A stretch of 64,000 bases of DNA from the human T2T-CHM13v2.0 reference genome, Homo sapiens, in NCBI RefSeq assembly GCF_009914755.1, contig NC_060925.1; one strand, given 5' to 3'. The stretch's first letter is position 1. Each line of letters starts with the position of its first letter. The position numbers and the translations under genes are program-made. Under the pieces are notes generated by a model, which worked only from the letters and a program-made list of their open reading frames with translations, did not search any database and had not been told where the DNA came from. Below are positions 51,876 to 64,000 of the stretch, in pieces.

Positions 51876-53259
51876 TGTGTCTGGAATTGCTGGGTTCTTG
51901 GTCTCGCTGACTTCAAGAATGAAGCCGCAGACCGTCACGGTGAGTGTTACAGTTCTTAAAGATGATGTGTCTGGAGTTTCTTCTTACTGGTGGGTTTGTG
52001 GTCTCGCTGACTTCAGGATTGAAGCTGCAGACCTTCACAGTGAGTGTTACAGCTCTTAAAGGCGGCGCGTCTGGAGTTGTTTGTTCCCTTCAGTGGGTTC
52101 GTGGTCTCGCTGGCCTCAGGAATGAAGCTGCAGACCTTCGTGGTGAGTGTTACAGCTCATAAGGGTGGTGCGGACCCAAAGGGTGAGCAGCAGCAAGATT
52201 TATTGTGAAGAGCAAAAGAACAAAGCTACCACACAGTGGAAAAGGACCCAACTGGGTTGCCGCTGCTGGCGGGGGCAGCCTGCTTTTATTCCCTTATCTG
52301 GCCCCACCCACATCCTGGCGATTGGTCCATTGTACAGAGAGATGATTGTTCCATTTTACAGAGAGCTGATTGGCCCATTTTACGGAGAGCTGATTGTTCT
52401 GTTTTGACAGGGTGCTGATTGGTGCGTTTAGAAACCTGGAGCTAGACAGAGTACTGATTGGTGCATTTACAATCCTTTAGCTAGACACAAAAGTTCTCCA
52501 AGTCCCCACTAGAATAGGTAGACACAGAGCACTGATTGGTGTCTTTACACACCTTGAGCTAGACACAGAACGCTGATTGGTGCATTTACAAACCTTTAGC
52601 TAGACATTAAAATTCTCCAAATCCCCACCTGACTCAGGAGACCAGCTGGCTTCTCCTAGTGGATCCTGCCCTGGGCAGAGCTGCCCGCCAGTCGCACGCT
52701 GCGGCGTGGGCACTCCTCAGCCCTTGGGCAGTCGATGGGACCAGGCGTGGCAGAGCAGGGGGCGGCACCCATCTGGGAGGCTCAGGCCACGCAGGAGCCC
52801 ACCGGTAGGGGGGCTCAGGCATGGTGGGCTGCAGGTCCCGAGCCCTGCCCCGCAGGGAGGTGGCTGAGGCCTGGGAGAATTTGAGCGCGGCACGGGCGGG
52901 CCGGCAGTGCTGAGGGACCTGGCGCACCCTCCACAGCTGCTGGCCCGGGTGCTAAGCCCCTCACTGCCCGGGGCTGGCAGCACCAGCCGGCTGCTCTGAG
53001 TGTGGGGCCCGCTGTGCCTTACCCACCCAGAACTGGCGCTGGTCTGCGAGCGCGGCATGCAGCCCCGGTTCCTGCCTGCGCCTCTCCCTCCACACCTCCC
53101 GGCAAGCAGAGGGAGCCGGCTCCGGCCCGGCCAGCCCAGAGAGGGGCTCCCACAGTGCAGCGGCGGGCTGAAGGGCTCCTCAAGCATGGCCAGAGCGGAC
53201 ACGGAGGCCGAGGAGGCGCCGAGAGTGAACGAGGGCTGCTAGCACGTTGTCACCTCTCA
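51876..53259 (-). mobile_element. LTR12-family (ERV9/HERV9) solo LTR, probably LTR12C
   Basis: Minus strand starts TGAGAGGTGACA and ends ...TTCCAGACACA; 4-bp TSD GTAG (51872-75, 53260-63); tandem CTGATTGG (CCAAT) repeats; CpG-rich. Confidence 0.95.
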
Positions 53260-56200
53260 GTAGGAGAGCCATTGTAGCAGCAGCAGATTCCTGAACTCCA
53301 TGATTTCGATGGTGTGATCCTGAAGTCAGTTGTTCAGAGGCAGTTCTCTAACATTTCCAGCTTTCTTTCAAAGAAACTAAGAGGGATTTTTGTTTTCTTC
53401 ACTGAAATTTGGCTAATCCAATATTCCACAACTCTTAACTATTTTTATTTCAGTTTCCTTCCCCTTAGCTAATCAATTAAGTTAATCCACTAAGTTCATC
53501 AGTGCCTTCCAGTCCACTGATTCTCTCTCAACATTCACTTTTGAAAGGGCCATGGAGGAAAATGAACCAGGAAGATCCTCCCTGGGGCAGAGCTACCACA
53601 CTAGAGGCACACAGTATTGAGTATAATGAGACTTACAGAGAAGAATATAGCAATCTGGGGAAGCAGACCACACTTACTGAAAGTAGCACTGCAGAAGTAG
53701 TGTTTATTAATTTAGATTGTAATTTGAAATTGCCACATTATTCATTTCTAAGATTTCAAATTGCTTTATATCTGACAGTTTGTACTTCAGACCTGCCTAT
53801 TTTTGTTTTACAGGTCCTATTTAGTTACTAATGGATATTGATCCTTTATTTCTCAGATTTGTTTTGATATGTTTATCACATTTTTCTATTAAGAGAAATT
53901 CCACTTAGAGTCAGTTCCTTTCCAAAGTTGATTTTGTTGGCTCTCTCTCATGGCATTGCATTTCTTCACATTTTACAGTTGTGATTTGCAAGTTTTTTAA
54001 GTAGACTTTTTAGTTTGTTTCATTCTTTGGTAGATTGTATTAATGTTTCTAATTCTTTACTCCTTCCCTTTTACAGAATTATAACTGGACATCTTTTGCC
54101 AGGTGACTTTTCAGTGCCTTCCACTATAGTAGATGGAATATACTTCCCCACTCCATTGAGTCCATTTTTTGTTGGCTAACCTGTAGTTTTAAGATTGTAA
54201 TTTTTTTAAATCTAGTTACCTTGATTGCTTTTTAGAGAGCTATTAGTCCCAATAACTTAGACCACCATTATTTAAAAATGGAATTCCTAACCACAATGTG
54301 TGCACCTCATCATAGGAAGGAACACAAATGGGGGAGTAGAAGAAAACAGAAATGTATTAATAGGCGACAGTGAGTACTTCAGCTTTATGTGTAATGTTTT
54401 ATTTCTTGTATTACAAAGTAAAAGATATGAAGCATTTGACTAAAAATGTTAATTTATATAATTTGAATGATGGGTACATGGGCAGTTGTTATATTTATAT
54501 ATACTTTTATGTATTCTAAATTTTTTTCTCAAAATAAAAAAGAGAAACAGTCAAGGGTTAGTATTGTGTCATCAAACTCATTACAGACCTCAATTCATTT
54601 TGTTTTATTTATTTCTGAACAACATAATTTGAGGAAGTAAAGCATACTTTAAGGAAATCTGTAGAAGGGCAAAGTAAAAGCATTTGAAAAAGTCTCATCA
54701 CCTGAAAAAGGCAGAGAAAAAAAGAACAAAAGGAAGAAGTGTTCTAGAGGTCTCATCTAGTTTGTATAGGGAAGAAAGTTGAGGTAATACAGCTGTGTGG
54801 GAAAAGGGATAGATTCATATATACTTGTTCTTGAGAGCAGACATGTTGTTAACAATGAATGAAATGGAAACACACAACTAATCTTTGAAAGAATGAGATG
54901 AACCTGAAAAAAAAAACAACAAAAATAAGAAAAAAAGGAAATAATGATTTAAAATAGATAATGAAGAAACTAAGATACAGACATTAAATAAAATGTAAAT
55001 GGATTGTTTTCTTTCACTAAAGCTTAAAGATTAGAAAACAAAAGCTGTGTATGAGGGACATGGTGAAATAGTAAAGAAGGGTGGAAAATAAAAGATAAGC
55101 AAAGATAAAATGTAAGGTCAGACCAATTATAAAAGGCAAAGATTTATGAAAAAGGTAACATTCATAAATATGTATATATCAAACTACATGCAACTAGCTA
55201 AATACATAAAGCAAAGTCATTAGGAATTTGATAAGCCTAATAAAATATAATTATGACTGAAGATTTCAATACATCTCTACCAAAATCAAACAGATTTTGT
55301 AGAGAGAAAGAAACCCAGGACAGGGAAAAACAACCTTATATTATCTAGAGACAATATGTTGGCTTTCCTCTACACTAAGACATTTTGATACTGGTGCTTT
55401 CTTGATTTCTTGATCTTACCAGAACATGTCAAGTGAAGGTTTTACACAACTACAATGCCACTCCTATGGGCTGACAGCTGTAAAGAGATGCATCCCAATT
55501 CTAGAGATGTTAACACGTGAGAAAAATGTTTCTTAGAATCAAAGATATGAGGGGTTTTTCCATACATCAATGAAACATTTGCTCAAAAACGTCATATACT
55601 TGGCCATAAAGTATATTCACTTTTTTAAAAGGCCGTGTTGATAAATATGAAAAAGAGAGAAGGTGATCAACAAAATCTTAACCACTTGAAAATTAAGATG
55701 CTCCTAGATCACCCTTATATCAAAGATAAAATTTAAAAAATTAAAAACTATTTAGGAAAGAGTGAAAAGAAGAACACACTAAATTATTTGGAACACAGAG
55801 AACTTTTCAGTGGAACTTGCAAGCTTTAAATGCCTTCGTTATTAAGGAAAACATTAAAAATAAAGGAATTTGAACTCATCTGTGGAAACTAAAGAGCAAC
55901 AAACTAAATAAAAAGTTTTAACATATTAGTCAAGATACATATATAAACATAGAATATCAAATAAAACCTGACACCTCAATCTAAGGTCTGTAAAAAACTT
56001 TAAAACAAAGATTGGAATCGTAAGAGTTAAAGAAATATAGACATTTTTGACAATGCAAAAAATGTAAATAATGGTTAGAAAAAGTGGAAATAAATTGCTA
56101 AAACACAAAAGAGAGATTAATGGTTTGTGTCTATAATAGACAAAAAGCTCTTACATTGATAGGTAAATGACATAAAACCCAATACAACGTGGACAGGTAT

Positions 56201-56301
56201 ACTGATAGGAAATTTTTAGCAAGGTAAATCAGATTGATCAAGAACATATGAAAAGATGTTGACATTCACTAGGAGTCAGAGTAAAGAAAATCAAAATAAT
56301 T

Positions 56302-56601
56302 TTCCGAGGTGTGAAGTATTAGAATGAACACAGAATGATGGCATTTCAGGGCTAAGGCTGGAAATGGCCCCTCTAAGTTGCCATGGGAACTGAGTAAACC
56401 TGGTCTTAACCATGTATTGGAGAAGGAATCTATCCACAAACCAAGGAGGAGTGTGGGTGCGGGTTGGGACCGGGCTGACCAAAGGCCGCCGGAGAGGAGG
56501 AGGCCTGGGGATCACAAAATGCTTGAGGATGGCACTGCGTCCTGGGTCTGTACAGTATGGTTTGCAATAAAACTCAAAATCTTCCAGCCGAGATAAGAAA
56601 A
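56302..56601 (+). pseudogene. Candidate 5'-truncated retrocopy of an unidentified transcript 3' end
   Basis: GC-richer island in an A-rich old L1; AATAAA 56566-71; A-rich tail ~20 nt later; flanking AAAATAATT repeats. Confidence 0.5.
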
Positions 56602-57513
56602 AAAATAATTACAAATTACATGAATACCTACCTAGACAATCCAATTAAACTCTAACAAAATATGTTGGATTTAACAATGGACCTAATATTAGGTAAATAG
56701 TGACAATAATAAATTGGATATGACAATGCAAAAATAATCCTGTTTATGAGTGATAATCATCTTAAAATATCGAAGAATGTAGGTACCCAGGAAGATTCTT
56801 CAAATATGTGAAGGAACTATTCACATTTCTTTAAAAATTGTAAGAACAGCTCTGAAAATTTAAGGTAAGTCATTTCCTTGTTGAAAAATGTGAAAATAAC
56901 TAGTCATCACAAATTTAAAAATAAAATCAATGCAATTCCAAACAAATTCCAATGAAGTTTTTGTTGAAGTGAGCTGGACAAAAGATAATGAAGGTTTGTA
57001 TGTGTGAAAGAAATAATTCAATTGTATTATTGATTATATAAGGAAAATTCATTATTTCTGAAAAATTATAATTTACTTTAATCATTAGCTTTTTAATCAT
57101 AAGTGTTACTACTATATGAACAAAAACAGGTGAGGTTGTTATTCATAAGTCCAAGAAATGACGTTGAATTTTGTTAGTTCTCAAAAAAAAAGTAACTTTT
57201 AGGAATGAAGTTCATGCAGTGTTCTAATTTATAAAACAAACATTAGTTTTCAGTCAACCATTGGCATATGATATGGTACCCAGATATTCTAATTGTAGTA
57301 ATTTTTTAGTGCTACATAATTTGTAATATAGTCTAAGATTGATGAGAAGTAATTTAGAATGACACTGCTTATGTAAATTGTTAATCATTTTAGTTGAGCA
57401 TATATATTAAATTTACATAAATTCAAATAGTATCATAGATAACATCAAATATTTATGTTTCATTTAATTTAGGCTTTTTTAATGAAAAAAAAAGTTTTGG
57501 CACATACTAAAAT

Positions 57514-57686
57514 CAAGACCAGCTACATAATTTGTAGAGCCCAGTTCAAAATGAAAATACAGAATCCCTTGTTCCTAAATCATTAAGAATTTCAAGATGG
57601 TGACCACAGGGCTCTAAACCAAGGGCCCTTGTGAGCATGAGTCCCAGTGTGACTATAAGAGTTGCATGCCCATGAAGCCAGCCCTG
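57514..57686 (-). mobile_element. MER45A-like hAT DNA transposon
   Basis: accagctacataatttgt...gcccatgaagccagccctg; family call from recall. Confidence 0.7.
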
Positions 57687-59163
57687 ACTAACATACCATG
57701 CATGCATTTATTTTTACACTGAAACAGCTGAGAGAAGACATAGAGCTTTTTAATACCCCAAATACATAAAACGATACAATTTATCCAATGGTTTACCTTG
57801 ATTAAGGTTATGATGAACTTGGATTATAAATGTAATTATTTAGCATGTAAGAGTAAAGCTTTGTAATTCCTGGTTTAAAATACTTATTTCAGAAGTTTTC
57901 AGTCTTTAAAGATACAAATTTAGGTTTAAAATTTATTTACCTTTTTACAGAAAAAATGGATGAGAACTTAAATTTCCATTTTTCTTGTTTAAATACTTTC
58001 TGAAGGACAGAAAGAGTTTAAATTTGGGAAAATAAATTTTCAATTAATCATTTAGATGTTTTTATGCATAGACTTATGAGTATTTTTCTTTTTTCTTGCC
58101 AAAAATGTGACATCTATTTTTAACTCAATATCATTAACTAAAGGGCTTAAAACTCAATTGAATAATGTCCTTTTAAAATGAATTTGGCAGGAGCTGTTTC
58201 CAAGGAGAAAAGACTTTTGAGATACAGTTCTCTAATAAATTAGTCTATTTTATTTATAAAAACTACATTGACCTGGTGACTGTAGAGCCTTTACTTTTTC
58301 CCCAGCAGGTGTGTTTTCTTATACCATGACCAAATATGAAGAATTAGAAAGTTTTGCTTTGTTTCTTAATTTTTTGCAAATTTTTAGTCATTCTATATTT
58401 AGACAACTATTAAGTGATTTTTAATGCCAATTAAAACAGGGATTCCATTATTTAAGGGACTTATCAGAATTATCTAAAAACACACAAACTAGTCTAGATT
58501 TTAAAAATCCTCCAATCATAACCTGTACCTACCCTGGAATTATTTCATTTCTGAAGAAGTCTGCAGTAATAGGTGCCTCATCATCAAATGCGAAATCTCT
58601 TTTTGGAGTTCTGGGAATTCCCCATTCCTCAGGGAGGATTCCAATTTTGTTGGAACTAAAAATTATACAAATGTTGAGGGGAGGGATAATTTTTAAGAAA
58701 AAAAATACAAAACCATGAATTAAAATTTAGTTTCTACTGCCTTGGAAGGAACCATACAAGGAAAGCCCCCTGAAGCATTAACATCAAGGGTAAACCTTCC
58801 TCTGGCCACATCCCACCTCTCAATTCAGGTTGGCATTCATAAAGGGGAGGAGGTAATCACCCTTAATCAATGTCTACAATACTTTTCTTCCATGGAAAAT
58901 AAAGAACTGTACATATTCTGAACAAGTTTAGGTAAGCTGATAGAAGGTTGTCTTTCTGATTGCCTGCTTGGCACAAGGTTCAAGAGGGAAGCACATACTC
59001 GGAAGAAAAAAAAAAAATCCTTCCATTCAGCTACCCTGAGCTTCCACTTCTGCTCAACCAGACATTCATCTGCCCTATTCTCCAGATGGTGGCAGTTCCT
59101 TGCAATGAGGAACGCCATCGATCTACTAAGGAGAGGGCTCTGCTTTTTACTGAAATGTCATAT

Positions 59164-59668
59164 TGAGGCAGGAGAATAGAGTCTGGAGACAGGGAGCCTA
59201 AGGCCAACCCACTGCTGACTTCTTGGAATTGGACCAAAAGGAAAACCCCACCTCTTCATGCCCAAGTGATAAGGGGCCAGAGGCCCCCTTCTTCTACAAA
59301 ACCCCCTTTCCCCTTTGTCACAAACAACAAATGCCTCTAATTAGTCCCAGGCCGAACCTTCACTTCAGCCTCTGATTAGTCGGGGATCAATCCTTCATTT
59401 GCATAGGGTGTAACCAATTGGAGACCTCTAAAGTGTACCTAGTGGTGTTACCAAATTCTTTTAGCTTAATGAAAACCCTAAAGAACATTGCAATTGGGGC
59501 TCTTGAGCTGCTTGTTTGAGCCTGCTCCCGCTCTGTGAAGTGTACTTTCTTTTCAATAAATCTGTGCTTTCGTTGATTCCTTCTTTTATTGCTTTGGTTG
59601 TGGGTTTTAATTATTTGTTCAGCCAGCCAAGAACCCAACTTGCAGTCAAGGCTTTCCATCCAGTAGCA
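59164..59668 (+). mobile_element. ERV1 solo LTR (MER51-like)
   Basis: TGAGGCAGGAGAATAG...CCATCCAGTAGCA; TSD ATAT on both sides; internal AATAAA. Confidence 0.85.
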
Positions 59669-60024
59669 ATATTTTGTTAGCTGGCTTACTTATGTTAAGT
59701 GTTGCTCACTTTCAATCCATGAATTTTATTTTACGACATTTTAAGATTCACCAATTTGGCAAATTTTTAAAGTTAATTCCATTTTTAATTTTTGTTAACA
59801 AATGTATTTTCACAAAATTCGTCTGATGTTTTTCTCTTAAAATTGATTAATTCTGTTCTAGAGTATATCACATGTATTTCTGTCAATAATAGCTTTTACT
59901 TCTCATAATTTTGTTTTATATGTGCATTTTTATTGAATTAATCTTTCATTTTGATAACTATATACTTAATAATAAAGGACTTTTGGACATTGCTTTTAGT
60001 GTATCATGTGTTAAAGCTAAATGT

Positions 60025-60278
60025 CTTATTTATTTATTTTATTATACTTTAAGTTCTAGGGTACATGTGCACAAAGTGCAGGTTTGTTACATATGTATAC
60101 ATGTACCATGTTGGTGTGCTGCACCCATTAACTCATCATTTACATTAGGTATTTCTCCTAATGCTATCCCTCCCCGCTCTCCCCACCCCACAACAGGCCC
60201 CCGTGTGTGATGTTCCCCACCCCATGTCCAAGTGTTCTCATTTTTCAATTCCCACCTATGAGTGAGAACATGTGGTGT
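60025..60278 (-). mobile_element. L1PA 3'-end fragment, antisense
   Basis: ttattatactttaagttctagggtacatgtgcacaa...tgagtgagaacatg. Confidence 0.92.
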
Positions 60279-60741
60279 TAGAATTCGTTTTTTAGATGTT
60301 TACTGCTCCTATTGCAAATTAGTATTGACGTGAATTCACAGAGCTTGAAAGACTTCCAAGCTGCATTTTCAGCTTTCGCTCCTCAGCCTGCTCACCAACA
60401 TCCAAATAATCCTTCAATTTTCATTATTTAGATGTCTGCGTCTTTCTTTTGTCATTATTTTATATAATGTTTATTGGATTGTGAAAATGAATAAATAATT
60501 GTTGAGAAATGATTTGTGGTGCTTTGTTTGATTTCAGTTTCCTATTGAATCATTCAGAAACAATTAAATATTTTGGCTTGTAGTGCCAAAGTAAAATATC
60601 TGAAATTTTTCTAGAATTTTGGACAAAGTTCCAGACATTTCTACTAGCATGCACTGATGACACCAGTTCTCTCTGTATAGAATTCAGTGACATTTTCAAA
60701 TAAATATTTCTAATTGACACAACTTTTCGTTTTAGGAATAT

Positions 60742-61045
60742 TTGTGTGTGTGTGTGTGTGTGTGAAGAGACAAGGTATCACTCTGCTATTGGAGTGCAGT
60801 GGTGCAATCATGCTCACTGCAGCCTTGAACACCTGGGCTCAAGCAATCCTCCCACCTCAGCCTCCTGAGTAGCAAGGACTATAGGTATGAGCCACCATGC
60901 CCCACTGATTTTTTTATTTTTATTTTTGTAGAGACAGGGTCTTGCTGTGTTGCCCAGGCTGGTCTTGAACTCCTGGCCTCAAGCGATCCTCCCACCTCGT
61001 CCTCCCAAAGTGCTTGATTACAGGCATAAGCCACCAAGCACAGCT
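60742..61045 (-). mobile_element. AluJ-type, antisense, with (TG)n tail
   Basis: (TG)n, then gagacaaggtatcactctg...gcaatcatgctcactgcagccttgaac. Confidence 0.88.
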
Positions 61046-61805
61046 ATCAATACTATTTTTATCAATAAATAAGTATAAATTTTGCTTTAATTCAGATGTT
61101 ACATTAATTACATTAATTCTAGCACTACCAAATCATTAAATTACAAGGAATTTTACATTTAAAGTAAGTAAATAAAATATATATTTATGTCAAATAAAAT
61201 TTGGAAATAGATTCAGTTCTATAAGAGATTTTAATATATGATGAAGAAATAATAGATTATGGTATGGTTTGTTAAATTAATAGTGCTGCCATAATTGATA
61301 ATTGATTAAAACAATAATCCCTTGCTTTGTAAGTTTTCATAAAAGTTATTTTCTCATTTTAATAGAATATGTGTTGTGACAAGTGGTCCACAACCCTAGA
61401 TAACAATGAAAAACATATCACTATTATTTTTTGAAGTGATATTAAGCATTTTACTCTGAAATTGCTTTAGTATTTTTAACTAATCATAGTGTTTAAATTA
61501 TGATGGTTTATTCTCAGTTTTAAAATTCATTTCATCAATACATTGATAAAAGATTGTTTCAGAAACTTTAAAATATTTAAAGGTAGAACTTATTTAATAT
61601 GTGCTTTTAATTATGTCTCTTGATGATTATAACTATTCTTTATTTCAGCATGAGTTTTACAAAATTTTAGTCCTGTTTTGGTGAATCTATGAATGTTCCC
61701 ACTTTTAAAGATACAACATTTAAGTGCCATTTGCATCCATTTTCTTTTTCAGTATTTTTTTCCTCAATATGAAAGGATACTTAAGAGTTTTCTGGCATTT
61801 CCTGA

Positions 61806-62133
<328 letters not shown>

Positions 62134-62904
62134 GACCTTTTCTACTATATCAGGTGATGTTCCAGGCTGTAGCACATTGATATAATCTTATTTTCTCAGA
62201 GATTCAGAAGATTCATATTAATAATAGTAAAAAGAGGAACATTAAGAAACATATTCAGAATTTGTTGGATGTTTATTTTCAATATTAATACACATTATTC
62301 ACTAAGTATCAAAGTACTACATATTTACTAGTCACATATAAATCTCACTCTAACCATAATATCAAATCAAACTAGTTAGAAACAAGCAGGTATGAGCAAA
62401 AGAAGTGTTATGATTTAAATTATCATTAAAAAGATAGTTAATATGCATATTGGATAAATATCCACGTTAAAACAATTTTAAGAGTGAGGCAAATCGAGTT
62501 TTAAAATTTTTACAAGCCATTATTTTATTACACAGGAATCTTATTCCTGCACCAAGGAAAAAGGAAGCTCAATTAGCTCATTCAGAACTTTTCTTCCTTA
62601 AGTTCATGTGACATTACTTCAATTATATCGTGAATTTAAAGGAGGACATCTCAAAATATTATTCATAGTTAACAAATTCCAGGTCATTGGCATTATTATA
62701 TGGCTCTGTGTTCAATACAGGTTATTCTATTGATTTAATTTGCTTAAATGTTTTCACTCATTCAAAATAATGACAAATTGAAATTAAATATATCTTATTT
62801 GAAAAGAGTTGACATATTTCCACTAAGGATTCTTCTTTTCCAGGAACAGGAATAAGGACAACTTGACACTTTGATCTTCTTTACCAATAACTGATCTGTT
62901 AAAA

Positions 62905-63347
<443 letters not shown>

Positions 63348-63429
63348 TCACTTCTTACGTAAGTTTTGGTAATTTATTTTTCTTAGAAAAATTGCTTTTG
63401 AATCCGTTTTTTCATTTATAAGAATAATT

Positions 63430-63740
<311 letters not shown>

Positions 63741-64000
63741 TCAATTTCCTCCCTTTTTTGCTCATTTGTTTTTTCAATGAAAATCTACTGAGGGCATAGC
63801 AAGTTTCTAGGTACTGTTCCAATATTTAGTATATATTGGTGAATAAAATGGATGAAGTTTCTTCTATTTTGGGTCTTCAATGTTAGTGAGGAAAGACATG
63901 GGAAAAAGCAGCAAAGTGATTTCAGGTAGAGTAAGTGCCATAAAGGTAATATAGCAGTGTGATAGGAGAGAGAATAAATGGTAGAAGGAATTTTTTTAGA

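Noticed and set aside
51890-52640. Regularly spaced repeats superficially like a CRISPR array
   Set aside because: Internal tandem units of LTR12 in a mammalian genome; no unique spacers or cas genes.
52634-53277. Long GC-rich ORFs and apparent second CpG island
   Set aside because: Internal to the LTR12 solo LTR.

Overview
Human-type (Alu, L1PA and LTR12-containing) genomic DNA carrying the complete CD55 gene (decay-accelerating factor, DAF; Cromer blood group; RCA cluster) on the + strand. A CpG-island promoter lies at ~2.5-3.5 kb. Ten constitutive coding exons (3062-40913) join to 1146 nt, a 381-aa GPI-anchored protein with signal peptide, 4 CCP/SCR domains, S/T/P stalk and GPI signal. 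The 3'UTR has several AATAAA signals out to ~42.27 kb. The remaining ~22 kb is repeat-rich intergenic DNA with no supportable gene. The most interesting hidden structure is in the 20-kb last intron: an apparently unannotated 65-nt exon-like segment (37447-37511) that, in phase with exon 9, encodes a transmembrane helix, and a 92-nt exon (39818-39909) whose fully open frame resembles CR1/CD46 cytoplasmic tails. Together they look like a frameshifted relic, possibly still spliceable, of transmembrane DAF. Two exonized antisense Alus enter an alternative frame of the terminal exon, and intron 7 is a fully in-frame 51-bp-repeat mucin cassette. Repeat subfamily calls and cross-species comparisons are from recall of consensus and protein sequences and were not computed.
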